DNA of 63,533 bases, filler included, from Reticulomyxa filosa (Eukaryota; Protista; Foraminifera), in assembly GCA_000512085.1 (NCBI GenBank). It is 21 parts of 21 records of this genome, joined end to end, with 100 filler letters (N's around TTAATTAATTAA, not from the genome) between each part and the next. Parts side by side here need not be neighbours in the genome. Positions count along the whole stretch, not along the records: positions 51,437 to 54,310 come from ASPP01011785.1; positions 54,411 to 55,524 come from ASPP01002611.1; positions 55,625 to 57,645 come from ASPP01013685.1; positions 57,746 to 62,054 come from ASPP01005956.1; positions 62,155 to 63,533 come from ASPP01020299.1; 16 more parts are not named here. One strand, written 5' to 3'. A model generated the notes under the pieces. It was given only the letters and a program-made list of their open reading frames with translations. It was not told the origin of the DNA and made no database searches. Every line of letters starts with the position of its first letter. Position 1 is the stretch's first letter. The position numbers were made by a program, and so were the translations under genes. Positions 53,120 through 63,533 of the stretch are shown here, piece by piece.

Positions 53120-53983
53120 TAATAACAATAACAATGATAATAATAATAATAATAATAATGACAATGATGGGGCAAATGGAAATGGAACACACAACTTGTC
53201 GAAATTGCAAAAAGAGGAAAACACAGGGGAAGTGATAACCAATACCAAGACGAATGCCGCAAAAGAATTTCAGTCCTTTCCCTCTGTTGGGAGTCATTCG
53301 GATCGTGGTTGCGAAAATTTGGAAAATGGAAAACCTCATTCGAACGCGACTCTGCCAGACTCTCCTCCACATGCAAACGCAAGTGCAGAGGCAACTCATG
53401 TTTACAACACACAAGCAGCGGAAGTTTGGAGCCTTGGCTGCATCTTATGGGCGATGTTAACTGGCCATTTGATTGTTGAAGAGCCGTCTGCCCACTCCAA
53501 AAAATTTTCTGTTTTGATGACGTATGGAGTTTTGGAGTTGTTACGTCGACAAAGACAATTGCATTATGTGCCGGAATTGGCTGTAGGTTAGTATTATATA
53601 TGTATACGTATACGTATGTGCGTTACCATTAAAAATTATTGCATTGAGTTTTTTTTGTTTTGTTTTGTTTTGTTTTTTGTTGTTGTTTTTTGGTTTTTTT
53701 TTTTTTTTTTTTAAAAAAATTTTGGAAAAAAAAAGACTTATTGCAGAAAATCTTTGTGAAAGAAGAAGAACGCATATCAATGTCGGACTTGTTCGTTCAT
53801 CCTTATGTATCTTATTCGACGTGGCAATCGAAAACTACACCGACGCTGACACCGCTGACGAAACCAACTCCGATTACTTGCACCAGTGGCACTATCACTC
53901 CTACTGGTTATATTACTCATCATGTCAATCCGATCGTCCCTAAAAATCCACCAAGTGTGAATCCGTCTGCGCCTTTTTTCTAG
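51543..53983 (+). CDS. Protein kinase-fold protein (probable pseudokinase) with large low-complexity inserts; 5' truncated
   Basis: YCMILEYCSHGSL, YLHLDLALQTVLI, IKLCEFGRAK, YMSPE and EVWSLGCILWAMLTG; after intron 53587-53735, DLLQKIFVKEEERISMSDLFVHPYV. Confidence 0.88.
53062..53165 (+). repeat. (AAT/AAC)n microsatellite encoding poly-Asn
   Basis: About 30 AAT/AAC triplets inside the kinase-like ORF. Confidence 0.95.
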
Positions 53984-55704
53984 TCCCTTCCTTGTTTGTA
54001 TGTTATTGGAAGTGAGACCCGTGTAATTGTGCCAAAATATCAGAGCCAATTAATATTTTATTAATCTTTTTTTTTTTCTCCTCCCTTCTTTGGGTTGTTT
54101 GCTTTGTGTTGCTTTGCTTTGTTTTTTAAGGAAATAAAAATATCACCAAGAACTGTAGTCTCTGGTTGGACGTAACATTATCTTTGTACAATGCTCTCTG
54201 ACTATAGGCCAGGACACAGTATTCCCAAAAAAAAAAAAAAAAAAAAATGGTGGTGTTGTTTGTAGTGTTTATTGTTTTCTTTTTTGTTGTTTGTTTGTTT
54301 TTTCTTTTTTNNNNNNNNNNNNNNNNNNNNNNNNNNNNNNNNNNNNNNNNNNNNTTAATTAATTAANNNNNNNNNNNNNNNNNNNNNNNNNNNNNNNNNN
54401 NNNNNNNNNNGCAAAGGGCGTGTTTCAGTTACCAACAACTCACTCTTGATTTTCCATTGCTATCTATCTGGATCATTCATTTTTATACGTTTGTCGGGAG
54501 TGTTGCTCTCCATATGGATTGCTATCTTTTTTTGGCTTCTCTCCACAGTGGCCATAGACCACGCCAAATGCGGTTTTTGTCCAACACAAACAATACTGAA
54601 AATTCTTTGTCTTTGTACATTGTGTTGGTCTCTTTTACATCTGGTCATTCCTAAGCAAAACAAAAGATGTATACGTTGTGATGAAACAACATAGCAAAAA
54701 ATAATAATAATAAATGAAAATAAAGCAATGCTATATTTTTGAGAAAGTGTCTGATTGCGCAACTCGTTGCTATAATCTTTTCATAAACATGTTGTGAGAG
54801 AGATGTTGCAAACAATTTGCAATGCCAGTTATAACTGATCAGTCATCATGAAATGAGTGTTTCTTATGTAGTGGTGTTTGGATTCATTCTATCAATATAT
54901 GTTTCAATGGATAGTCTGGATATTCTATCAATGACAAGTCGTCTCTTCTAGGGAAACGCACTCAGATACTTGTGTTGTAAATCAGTAGCACCGTGTCCTC
55001 TGAAGGCGCTTGTTTTTGCATGTAGTTACTCATTTCTTTTTTTGTTGTGTAAAATGGTTGCACTGGAATTTTGAATTTACAGCTACAAGAGAAAACGCTG
55101 GAGATTTTTGTTGAGTTAATTGCACTAAACATGCTAAAATGTTGTCGACAAATGTCTGACATTTCATATCTTTTGTATACAACTTATTTTGACGAAAAAT
55201 TTTTTAAGAGAAGTTCAAAATCTACTGTTGATTTTCTTTTCAACAAACTCTGGCATTTTTGTTTATCGTGAATTTCGGCGTCCAACACCTCTATTTCTAA
55301 TTATTGCAGCTGTTGTCTCTTGAAATACTCTTTGTCTTTAAGCAAAATACAATCGCTCACTTCGAAGAATATTTCTTCATTGTGACTGCCGTTCTCCAAT
55401 AGTTTGACAATTGTCTTCCCTGTAACAAACAAGCCATGACTTTCTGTTAATTTGTCCAATTTAATGGAATTTCCCAATGTATTTGATCACACCTGCAAAA
55501 AGTCAACAGATTATTTTTTAAGCTNNNNNNNNNNNNNNNNNNNNNNNNNNNNNNNNNNNNNNNNNNNNTTAATTAATTAANNNNNNNNNNNNNNNNNNNN
55601 NNNNNNNNNNNNNNNNNNNNNNNNAAAAAAAAAAAAAAAAACAAACAAACAAAACACAAAGCAAAAGTATGTCAAGTGTCGTGTTTGCAAAATGAAATAT
55701 GGAT

Positions 55705-57645
55705 TCAAAGCCAAACCTTTTCTTCAGTTCCAGAAATGACCACTTTGTCCAAAAGCTCCAAAGCAATGAACAAGCGCATTTTATTTGCACGAAAGCACGC
55801 AAACTCTTCTTTGGCGAGTTTTTGATTGTTTCTCCAAACCTTCCATTTGAACTCTCGACATTTCTGCAATGGCCCATTATCAAGGAAGTAGCGCAAATGT
55901 GGATACTCTGTGTACAGCGGTGGACGACCGCCTTTTTCCAACGTTTCGGTTTGAAATCCACTTCGAAGATGACGTCGCTGGCAGTGCAAGTCCCGTCGTA
56001 ACAAATACTGTTGGCAAAGCACATGAAATCTTTTATAATCAAACACTCGCGATCTCTCCACAATTTTAAAAGTATTCAAAAAAGACAGCGAAAAGATTCG
56101 AATTCCAAATTTTTTGGGGATATATCGCACTGTTATACATAACACATGACACATCTTTGTACGTATACAACTTTTGTTTCCATCAATCAGTCAATCAATT
56201 ATTGAATTGATTTATTTCTTATCCTCTTTTGACACTATTGGAAAATAATACAAATGAAGCAAATAGACAAGTCACACTCAACTGGCCATATATTCTTCAG
56301 TGTTCCAGTAAAAGTATTCCCACTCTTTTTCAAAGTCATCGTCGTCGATATAATGTTTAAATGGCAAGACATTGAATGCATCCATGTCATCATTGAAAAC
56401 GGCGTCCAAGTCCAAATAAGGTTTATCGACATCCATATACGCTCGAGGATATGCAAGAAGCGTACTATCAACAGAACTCTTCTGTTCAATGTATTCGACG
56501 CTTTCATGTGCTGTGGCTTGTTCATTGTTTTCACTACTTTCGGTATTTATGTCCTCTTCGCTCACTTCGTTCTCTTCCTCTCCTTCTTTTCCTTCTTCCC
56601 CTTCCTCCTCATTCTCGTTCTCGTTCTCGTTCTCTTCTTCTTCCTCATCGTCCTCTTCCTCCTCGGAGGAGCGCAAGTCCACGACCTCATTGGGCAATAC
56701 CACATCGTCATCGTCGTCATCGTCTTCGTAAAGCTCTGGCCATCGTGCCTTCAATTCTTCCTCGGTCATGTCTTCAATTGCTTTCAGCTCGACCTCTTCT
56801 TCTTCACTGCGGTCACTCTCCTCCAAGTCCTTCTTCTTCTTCTTCTTCTTTTTGTTCATCGGCGTCAGTTTTGCTGGATACTTATGCTTGGCGTTCATCG
56901 CTTGCAAGTGTTCAAACATTGATTTTTGCATTATGTCTTGCTTGTCTCGTTGATGTCTCGCAGCTGCTTGTCTTTGCTTTGGCTTTTGTTGTTTTGTCTG
57001 CTTTTCAATTTGCGTTTGCTTTTGTTTTTTCTTTTTCTTTTCTTTTTCTTTTTCTGTTCCCTTTTCCTTTTCTTTTCTCCTTTCATTTTCTTTTTTTTTT
57101 TCATTTTCCTTTTTCTTTTCTTTTTCCTTCCTTTTCTTTTCTTTTTCTTTTTCTTTTTCTTTTTTCTTTTCCTTTTCTTTTTCCTTTTCCTTTTGTTTCC
57201 TTGTTTTCGTTATTTGTCGTTGTTTCTTTGACATCATTGCTCGCTTGCTGACAGTCGAAACCGAAACCATCTCGTCTTCACTGTCGTCTGTAGAAGACAA
57301 ACGCACGAAAGGGGCTCGATGAATCGAAGAATGCATTTCCACCGTTTCCAACATGTCCAAGTCTTGTTGCGTGGGTTGGATCGACACCAATGGACGCAAG
57401 TGCAAGACGACATCGGCCAGGTTTTGCTGTGGAGGCGACTTTGGTTCGGCCTTCTTCTGTGCGCGATTGTCCTTGGCGTCCTCGTTTGATTTACTCGGTT
57501 TGTTTCGCTTCTTTGATTGTCGAATTGCGTTCATGTCAGTGTTGACGTTGGATATTGCCGCATTGCAGAGCACACCATCTTCTGGAAATTCTTCGGGCGA
57601 GTCACTGTCGTGACTGGTACTGCTTATACAGCCCGAAGAGTTCGA
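55705..57645 (-). CDS. Hypothetical protein with KE-rich and acidic low-complexity tracts, spliced, partial
   Basis: 431-aa open frame with (KE)n, poly-K and poly-E/D tracts, and a downstream exon (IVERSRVFDYKRF...). No domain recognised. Confidence 0.6.
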
Positions 57646-57745
57646 NNNNNNNNNNNNNNNNNNNNNNNNNNNNNNNNNNNNNNNNNNNNTTAATTAATTA
57701 ANNNNNNNNNNNNNNNNNNNNNNNNNNNNNNNNNNNNNNNNNNNN

Positions 57746-57782
<37 letters not shown>

Positions 57783-57786
<4 letters not shown>

Positions 57787-58000
57787 GAATCGAGAGAGCA
57801 TTCGATATTTGGTCTCTTTTTTGAAAAAATTATTGAAACCAGAGTGTGTTGAGGTTACTAAAATGAATTTGGAAAATGTAGCCATTGTCTTTGCCCCGAC
57901 CATATTGATGTGTCCCAATGATGATCCTACGTTGCTCATGCAAAACAGCAAGTTTGAAAAAGACTTTGTCATTCAGATGATCACCAATTTGAGAGTGTGA
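57783..58000 (+). CDS. RhoGAP domain C-terminus (ARHGAP39/Vilse-like), last exon
   Basis: NRESIRYLVSFLKKL...VEVTKMNLENVAIVFAPTILMCPNDDP...FVIQMI matches the RhoGAP KM..N.A.VF.P motif. Confidence 0.85.
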
Positions 58001-58611
58001 TGTGCGTGTATTCTCAACTTTATGAGTTTCTTGTAGTGTAACCAAACGTGTGGCCATTTTTTTTCCCATTTCTCTCGAGTTACAGGAGTTAAATGTAAAG
58101 GCAAGTGCGAAATACAAACACTCTTTGTTAACAAATGTTTTTTCTTCGGTTGTTAATATAAAGAAACCACTTGTCAAAAAAAATTTTGCATTTGGTTTAC
58201 AAAAATAGCCTTCAAATAGGCGATCAAGAAAATATTCCTTTTGTATCGATGCAAATTGAAGATTATGTATCTTCTACTTCAAAAGCTGATCTAAGTAAAC
58301 GATAATAAGAATATACAGATTCAAATCAGCAAAAATGCCATCGTTTTCTTGCAATACCAACTTTTTTAGAATTTTTAAATAGTTTAGACTGAGAAAAAGA
58401 TTAAAAATTTATAATAAGTAAATTAAAAACCTGGAATATGTCAGCTTTGTCATACCTTACTGAATTTATATGTCCTTGTAAATGATAAATCATTACCATC
58501 ACGCTATTTTATTAAAACTTCTAACTGAGAAGTGGTTCTTTTTTTAGCCCTTCTCTCCCTACTGATCCTCACTATTATAACTGATCTTTCCTAAAAAAGA
58601 CCATCATACAT

Positions 58612-60719
58612 ATGGACGCAGCATACAGAAGAATGGAACTAACATTGTTCCAAAAAATGTTTCGTCGAAAACCCATTGCTCGTGCAGTGGAAATCACTCG
58701 TCGTCCAAGCAGTATAATAGACGAAGAAGATGCAAACAAGAAGCTAACAAGAGTGTTAGGGGTGACTGATCTGATAGCATTTGGTATAGCATCTTGTGTA
58801 GGTTCAGGAATATTTGTAATCGCAGGTGTCGCCGGGCAATATGCAGGAGCGGGATTATTTTTGTCATTTGTAATTGGAGGGATCAGTTGTTTGTTTTGTG
58901 GGCTGTGTTATGCCGAGTTCGCCACACGAGTACCAGTGTCAGGGAGTGCGTATACGTATACTTATTGTGCACTTGGAGAAATCGTTGGGTTTTTGATTGG
59001 TTGGGACTTGACATTAGAATATGGGATCAGCGCAGCTGCAGTAGCCCAAGGTTTTTTTACATTTGAAGAGAAAAGACAAGGGAGGGGGGGAAGAAACAAA
59101 CAAAAAAACTGTACATATACTACATAAAAAAAAATAATTCCCACCATGAACTGCGAAAACTCGTAGAGGAAGGAAAAGTTTTGGAAACATAATAACCAAC
59201 GAACAAAAAAAAAAAAAAAGGATGGTCAAGCTATTTGCAACTATTTTTGGAAAGTTGTGGCATTGATGACAAATATTTGCCGTCGGTGTTATTTGGAAAA
59301 AATATCAACGATTACTTTACTGTGAACATAATGTCCGGGGTATTGATAGGACTTTGTACGTTGCTGTTGATTTATGGTGTACGTGAATCAGCAAGATTCA
59401 CGAACGTGGTGACAGTATGGAACATTGTGTTGATAACGATGTACGTAATTGCGGGAATATTTTTTGTAGACACAAAAAATTGGTATCACCCTTGTGACAA
59501 CACATCCTATGGGACCTCGTGCACAAGCGATGAACAAAACAGCTTTTTCCCACAAGGATTTGGAGGCGTGATTCGAGCTTCGGGGATCGTTTTTTTCAGC
59601 TATGTCGGCTTTGATGCGGTCAGTTGTTTGGCGGAAGAAACCAAGAATGTTCGAAGAAATATGGCATTGGGCATATTAGGGACACTGGCAATTGCCACAA
59701 GTTTGTATATAGCTGTATCCCTCGTGTTGTTGGGAATGGTTCCGTTCACGGCCTTGGACAAACAGTCTCCATTGGCCAATGCCTTCAAAGTACATGACCA
59801 ACATGCCCTCGCGGGTATTGTCTCTTTTGGTGCACTCACTACTACCTGCGCAACCACGCTAACTTCGTTAATTGGACAGCCTCGCATCTTTTATCGGATG
59901 GCCAAAGACGGCTTGTTCTTTCCCATTTTCGCCACTATCAATCCTCGCTTCCATACTCTGGTTCATGGCTCTTTGTTCTCAGGCTTGGTCGCTGCTATGA
60001 TCGGCACCTTTATCAATTTCAACTTGTTGGCACAAATGATCTCCGTGGGCACTTTAATGGCTTATATTCTAGTTTCCTATTTTTTATTTTTATTTTTTTT
60101 TTGTATTGTAATATATTTATTGATACTATAAATGCACATATGCATATATGTGTATTTACATGTGTAACGTGCATGCATACAGATTTGTGGTGGTGTCATA
60201 ATTCTGCGCTACCCTTTGTCTGTTACCGAATTATCGCATAGCGTGGTCGCGACTAACACCAGGCTAGTGTGGGCAGTTGTCGTGTATGCTTTGTCCTGCA
60301 TTGCAATAGGCTTCACGTTGGACCAATTCTCTTATGCCACTGCGGACTGGGTTTTCTTGTCCCTTTTCATTATCTCCGCGTTATCATGTTTCGCTTATTT
60401 TGTGTACATCCACTACCACTGCGAATCACCCTATATTGCCAGTAATGTGTTCTTATGCCCATACTGCCCGCTCATCCCTGCTTTAGGCATTTTCACCAAT
60501 TCATATATGATTGCCTCTTTGAAGTGGGACTCCTTTGCTCGTGTCGTTGCATGGTTTCTTGTCGGGCTCTGTATTTATATCTTTTATGGCTCCAAAAATT
60601 CCGTGTTGAATGAAGAGCAATGGGTACAGACCATTGAATTTGAGCCCGCTGAAGACACTGATATCATGAGCCATTTAACCAGCGAGGTCCAAAGCCCACC
60701 TTCTCATTCGACCTCCTGA
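58612..60719 (+). CDS. Cationic amino acid transporter (APC superfamily, SLC7A1-4/CAT-like), 3 exons
   Basis: GSGIFV, LCYAEFATRVPVSGSAYTY, GWDLTLEY, FFSYVGFD, GQPRIFYRMAKDGL, SVGTLMAY and FLCPYCPLIPALGI. Introns 59051-59220 and 60072-60182 restore one frame. Confidence 0.95.
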
Positions 60720-61210
60720 GCAAAATGGCTTCCCTTTTGCTTTGGATGTGTTGATTCTTCCAACTTTTCCTTGTTTCTATCAAGGAATAATTATAAACAC
60801 TTCTTGCAAATTTCTTTCTTTTTTTTCTCTTTTTTTTTCTATTTTTTCATAGTCACCTCAAAAATATCACCAATTTTTCAAAAAATGTAGCATCTTACAG
60901 CTCTGTTTTATACATAATTTGAACATCACTTTGCTTTTTTTTTAAATATATCACAAAAATTGTTGCAATAAGCATTCCCACATATTCAATTCTTTTATTT
61001 TCCTTGTTTTAAAAAGGAAGTTTTTTTTAGCATCAAGCCAAAAAACGGTGGCGAGCACTCAACATATCCTTCGAAATGACGAACCAACAAGTTATCAAGA
61101 AATTACAAACAACAATTTGTCGGCATTCTCTTACGTATAATATAATAAAAACATTTAAAAAAAAGTATCGAAAAGTGACACCTTGTTAACATAATTTTGC
61201 CAGTATTTCA

Positions 61211-61945
61211 TTACGAGGATGAAACTGTGGGGGAAGTCTTTATTTGTTCGCTCGTGACTACGGAAATAGGAATTGACTTTTCAAACAAAATTTCCTCGGC
61301 CACTTTCGCCGAATGTACTTCTTTTGTATGCAGCTTAGGCTGTTTCCATCGGACACACTGCAAACACGGATAGCATAGCCATTCAAATGAGTCACCATAC
61401 CAACTTGTCATCAGCATCAAACATATGCCTATTTGATCGTATTTTCCATGCAAGCAAAATAAGCTAATTCTTTTGTTAAAAAAAAACCTGATAAAAAAAA
61501 AAGAAAATCAAACTTTGGACAATAGCATCTACGACACCCAAGAACGTGAAGGCAGTAAGGCCAAATAGAAACGCCACAAAAATAGTAGATATGATGCCAC
61601 CTATACATTAATCACACCAACAAATAACTTCGTAAGTTGTATAATAAACAGCTGTCGTAATTGTCAAAAATTGCAAAAAAAAAAAAAAATTTATAAATAC
61701 GTATACATAAATATATAATTAAAACAAACAAGTAAATAAAATGACAAATTTCGTGATCATAAATGGAATTTTCTTGTCGACAGCATTTGCGGCATTCTCT
61801 TGTACCTGCAATGATGAATGTGATGATCTGCTTGAATTAACCATATTTTTATGGATGTCCTTCAAAGGTCTTAAAAATAAATACAGACTGATTCCACTGA
61901 CAAGTGTATCGAAAGCCAAAAACCAAAACGCGCACCATGCTGGAA
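61211..61945 (-). CDS. 3' part of an orphan 7TM/GPCR-like membrane protein, spliced
   Basis: TM5-like FWFLAFDTLVSGISLYLFLRPL, a polar loop, TM6 KFVILF..., TM7 VVDAIVQ/ICLMLM, then WY...LCYPC and a short tail. Confidence 0.6.
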
Positions 61946-62264
61946 CTATATTTATTTATTTATTTTTTCATTTCTGGGAAGGAGATAAACGATCTCAACA
62001 AAAAAAAAAAAAAAAACGTATAAAAAAAAAACGTAAACGGGTAAGGAACAACAANNNNNNNNNNNNNNNNNNNNNNNNNNNNNNNNNNNNNNNNNNNNTT
62101 AATTAATTAANNNNNNNNNNNNNNNNNNNNNNNNNNNNNNNNNNNNNNNNNNNNTTTTTTTTTTTTTTTTGGGGGGAAAAAAAAAAAAAAAAAAAAAATC
62201 GAGTTGGAAAAAAAAAATTAAGTCAACAACAATAACAACAACAGCAAAAAAGAAAGTATGTGAT

Positions 62265-62941
62265 TTATAGCAAGGGATGCTGGAACATCATTTTGGTAGT
62301 GTAATGCAAGATTTTGTGATCTCGAACAATTTCACGAGCATCACAGAAGCGATCAGGACCATCGCCGTCATGATCGGGCTGCAATGCGGTCAAGAGTTGG
62401 CGTGCATCCCAATAAAGTGCAAGCTCTGAGTGAGACGAACGAAGCACTTTGTTTTTTGATGATTGTCAATTTTTTTGGGGAGATGAAAATCGAAGAGAAG
62501 TATATATTGCCCAAAGGGTTGATACTGGTCCAGCACCCATTGATTTTGATCAAACTTGTTGGCTATCTGTTGGATCTGTTTGGATATGTCGACAACAGCA
62601 TTGACAGTGCCAACGACAGGGACCTCTTTGACGAGATAGTCATGCAAGATCCGTTGTCTGTTTTTACTGGACAAGGCATTGATCAATCGAGGCACCAAAT
62701 CAAATTGATACACAAAGTTGACACAGCACTGTTCAATATCCGCATACAGCGACGACTGCTCCAAATCCTGACAAAACACCAGAGGGGCTCCAAAAGTGAA
62801 CGCACGAATATGTTTGAAGCAAGAGCGGAGGTCTTTGGATGACAGTACATTGGCAAGCATGAGAGAGAGGCATAGCCCCCTCCAAGAGAATGGCCTGCAA
62901 TGACTAGTTTTGATATTTCCGTGCCTTGCTTCGACGACGAC

Positions 62942-62978
<37 letters not shown>

Positions 62979-63457
62979 CATCTGCAAAGTTGATTCCATT
63001 GCCCAAATCTTGAGTATAACCCTCGCGTTGGAACTCGTATCGCAATGGGTCTTGATAACGCTGTGCCACTTGTGCTGGAGCCCCGGCGTGTGCCCAGTAG
63101 TCTTTGCTACTGTAATATGTCAGCCGCTTCTCGATCTCCGTGGCTGTGAGCTGCAGGGCTGCGTACATGCCGCTGAACACGCTGCAGTTCAACTGCGCCA
63201 CTTTCAGCGGATACATGCCCACGTTGATCAGCGCGTCGATAGGATGACTCGTGCCCTTGAACAGCAAAAACATGTGGTCCCAGTGGTCGTAGCTTCGCAC
63301 AACAGCCACGTCACAGACTGTCCGCGCTTCGTGCACGCGTACTCCAACAGCTGGTATCCATACTCGTGGAGTATCTGGCTCAGCTCATTAAAGCGACTTT
63401 CCGGAGTTGCCTTGGGCGGTAGCACTCGTTCTTCTTCTTCTTCTTCTTCTTTTTTTT
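62265..63457 (-). CDS. Class 3 lipase (alpha/beta hydrolase) with three apparent single-base frameshifts
   Basis: FLLFKGT (oxyanion region), LVIAGHSLGGG (nucleophile Ser), AFTFGAP, VYQFDLVPRL (Asp), YQPFGQY and DHKILHY (His) lie in four ORF pieces. Confidence 0.85.
62932..62978. repeat. (GAT/GAC)n microsatellite (poly-Ser insert in the lipase)
   Basis: About 15 triplets. Confidence 0.9.
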
Positions 63458-63497
63458 CTGCAAAAAATGACAACCAAAATCGTGATTTCTTTCGATC

Positions 63498-63501
<4 letters not shown>

Positions 63502-63533
<32 letters not shown>
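63502..63533. repeat. (ATT)n microsatellite
   Basis: About 10 ATT units at the window end, likely intronic. Confidence 0.9.

Noticed and set aside
54411-55524. Possible CAP-Gly gene (GVIKYIG on the minus strand near 55490)
   Set aside because: The GxELD and GKNDG motifs are not recognisable and all frames are interrupted. At most a decayed coding remnant.
2879-62154. Regularly recurring TTAATTAATTAA palindrome as a CRISPR-like or biological repeat
   Set aside because: It is always centred in exactly 44+44 N and encodes stops in six frames, so it is a concatenation linker.

Overview
This is not one contiguous locus. It is 21 short contigs of an AT-rich eukaryotic genome, joined by 20 identical 100-nt artificial linkers (44 N + TTAATTAATTAA + 44 N, stops in all six frames), so adjacency across linkers means nothing. 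Genes have short GT-AG spliceosomal introns and use the standard code (TAA, TAG and TGA all end genes). From memory, the expanded Kelch-like, WD40, RING-like and orphan 7TM families resemble those of the foraminiferan Reticulomyxa filosa; this is an inference, not a database result. Recognisable genes: JMJD7 head-to-head with DNAJC11, TM9SF1-type nonaspanin, CEP70-like protein, cationic amino acid transporter, FYVE protein, ILEI/GG-domain protein, YbaK-like domain, EF-hand protein, ARHGAP39-like RhoGAP end, class 3 lipase, a kinase-fold protein with degenerate catalytic motifs, a SAM-coiled coil-FN3-SPRY-CaaX protein, and a divergent actin broken by two small deletions. The very AT-rich contigs mostly hold decayed WD40, Kelch and RING paralogues. 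Best candidates for undescribed biology: (1) a ~35-aa helical module on its own phase-0 exon, C-terminal on a Kelch propeller and N-terminal in another gene, possibly a lineage-specific adaptor box for a fast-turning-over propeller/RING repertoire; (2) introns with poly(A) instead of a polypyrimidine tract before the AG, and mostly GTY donors. No rRNA, tRNA, CRISPR or clear transposase/RT was seen.
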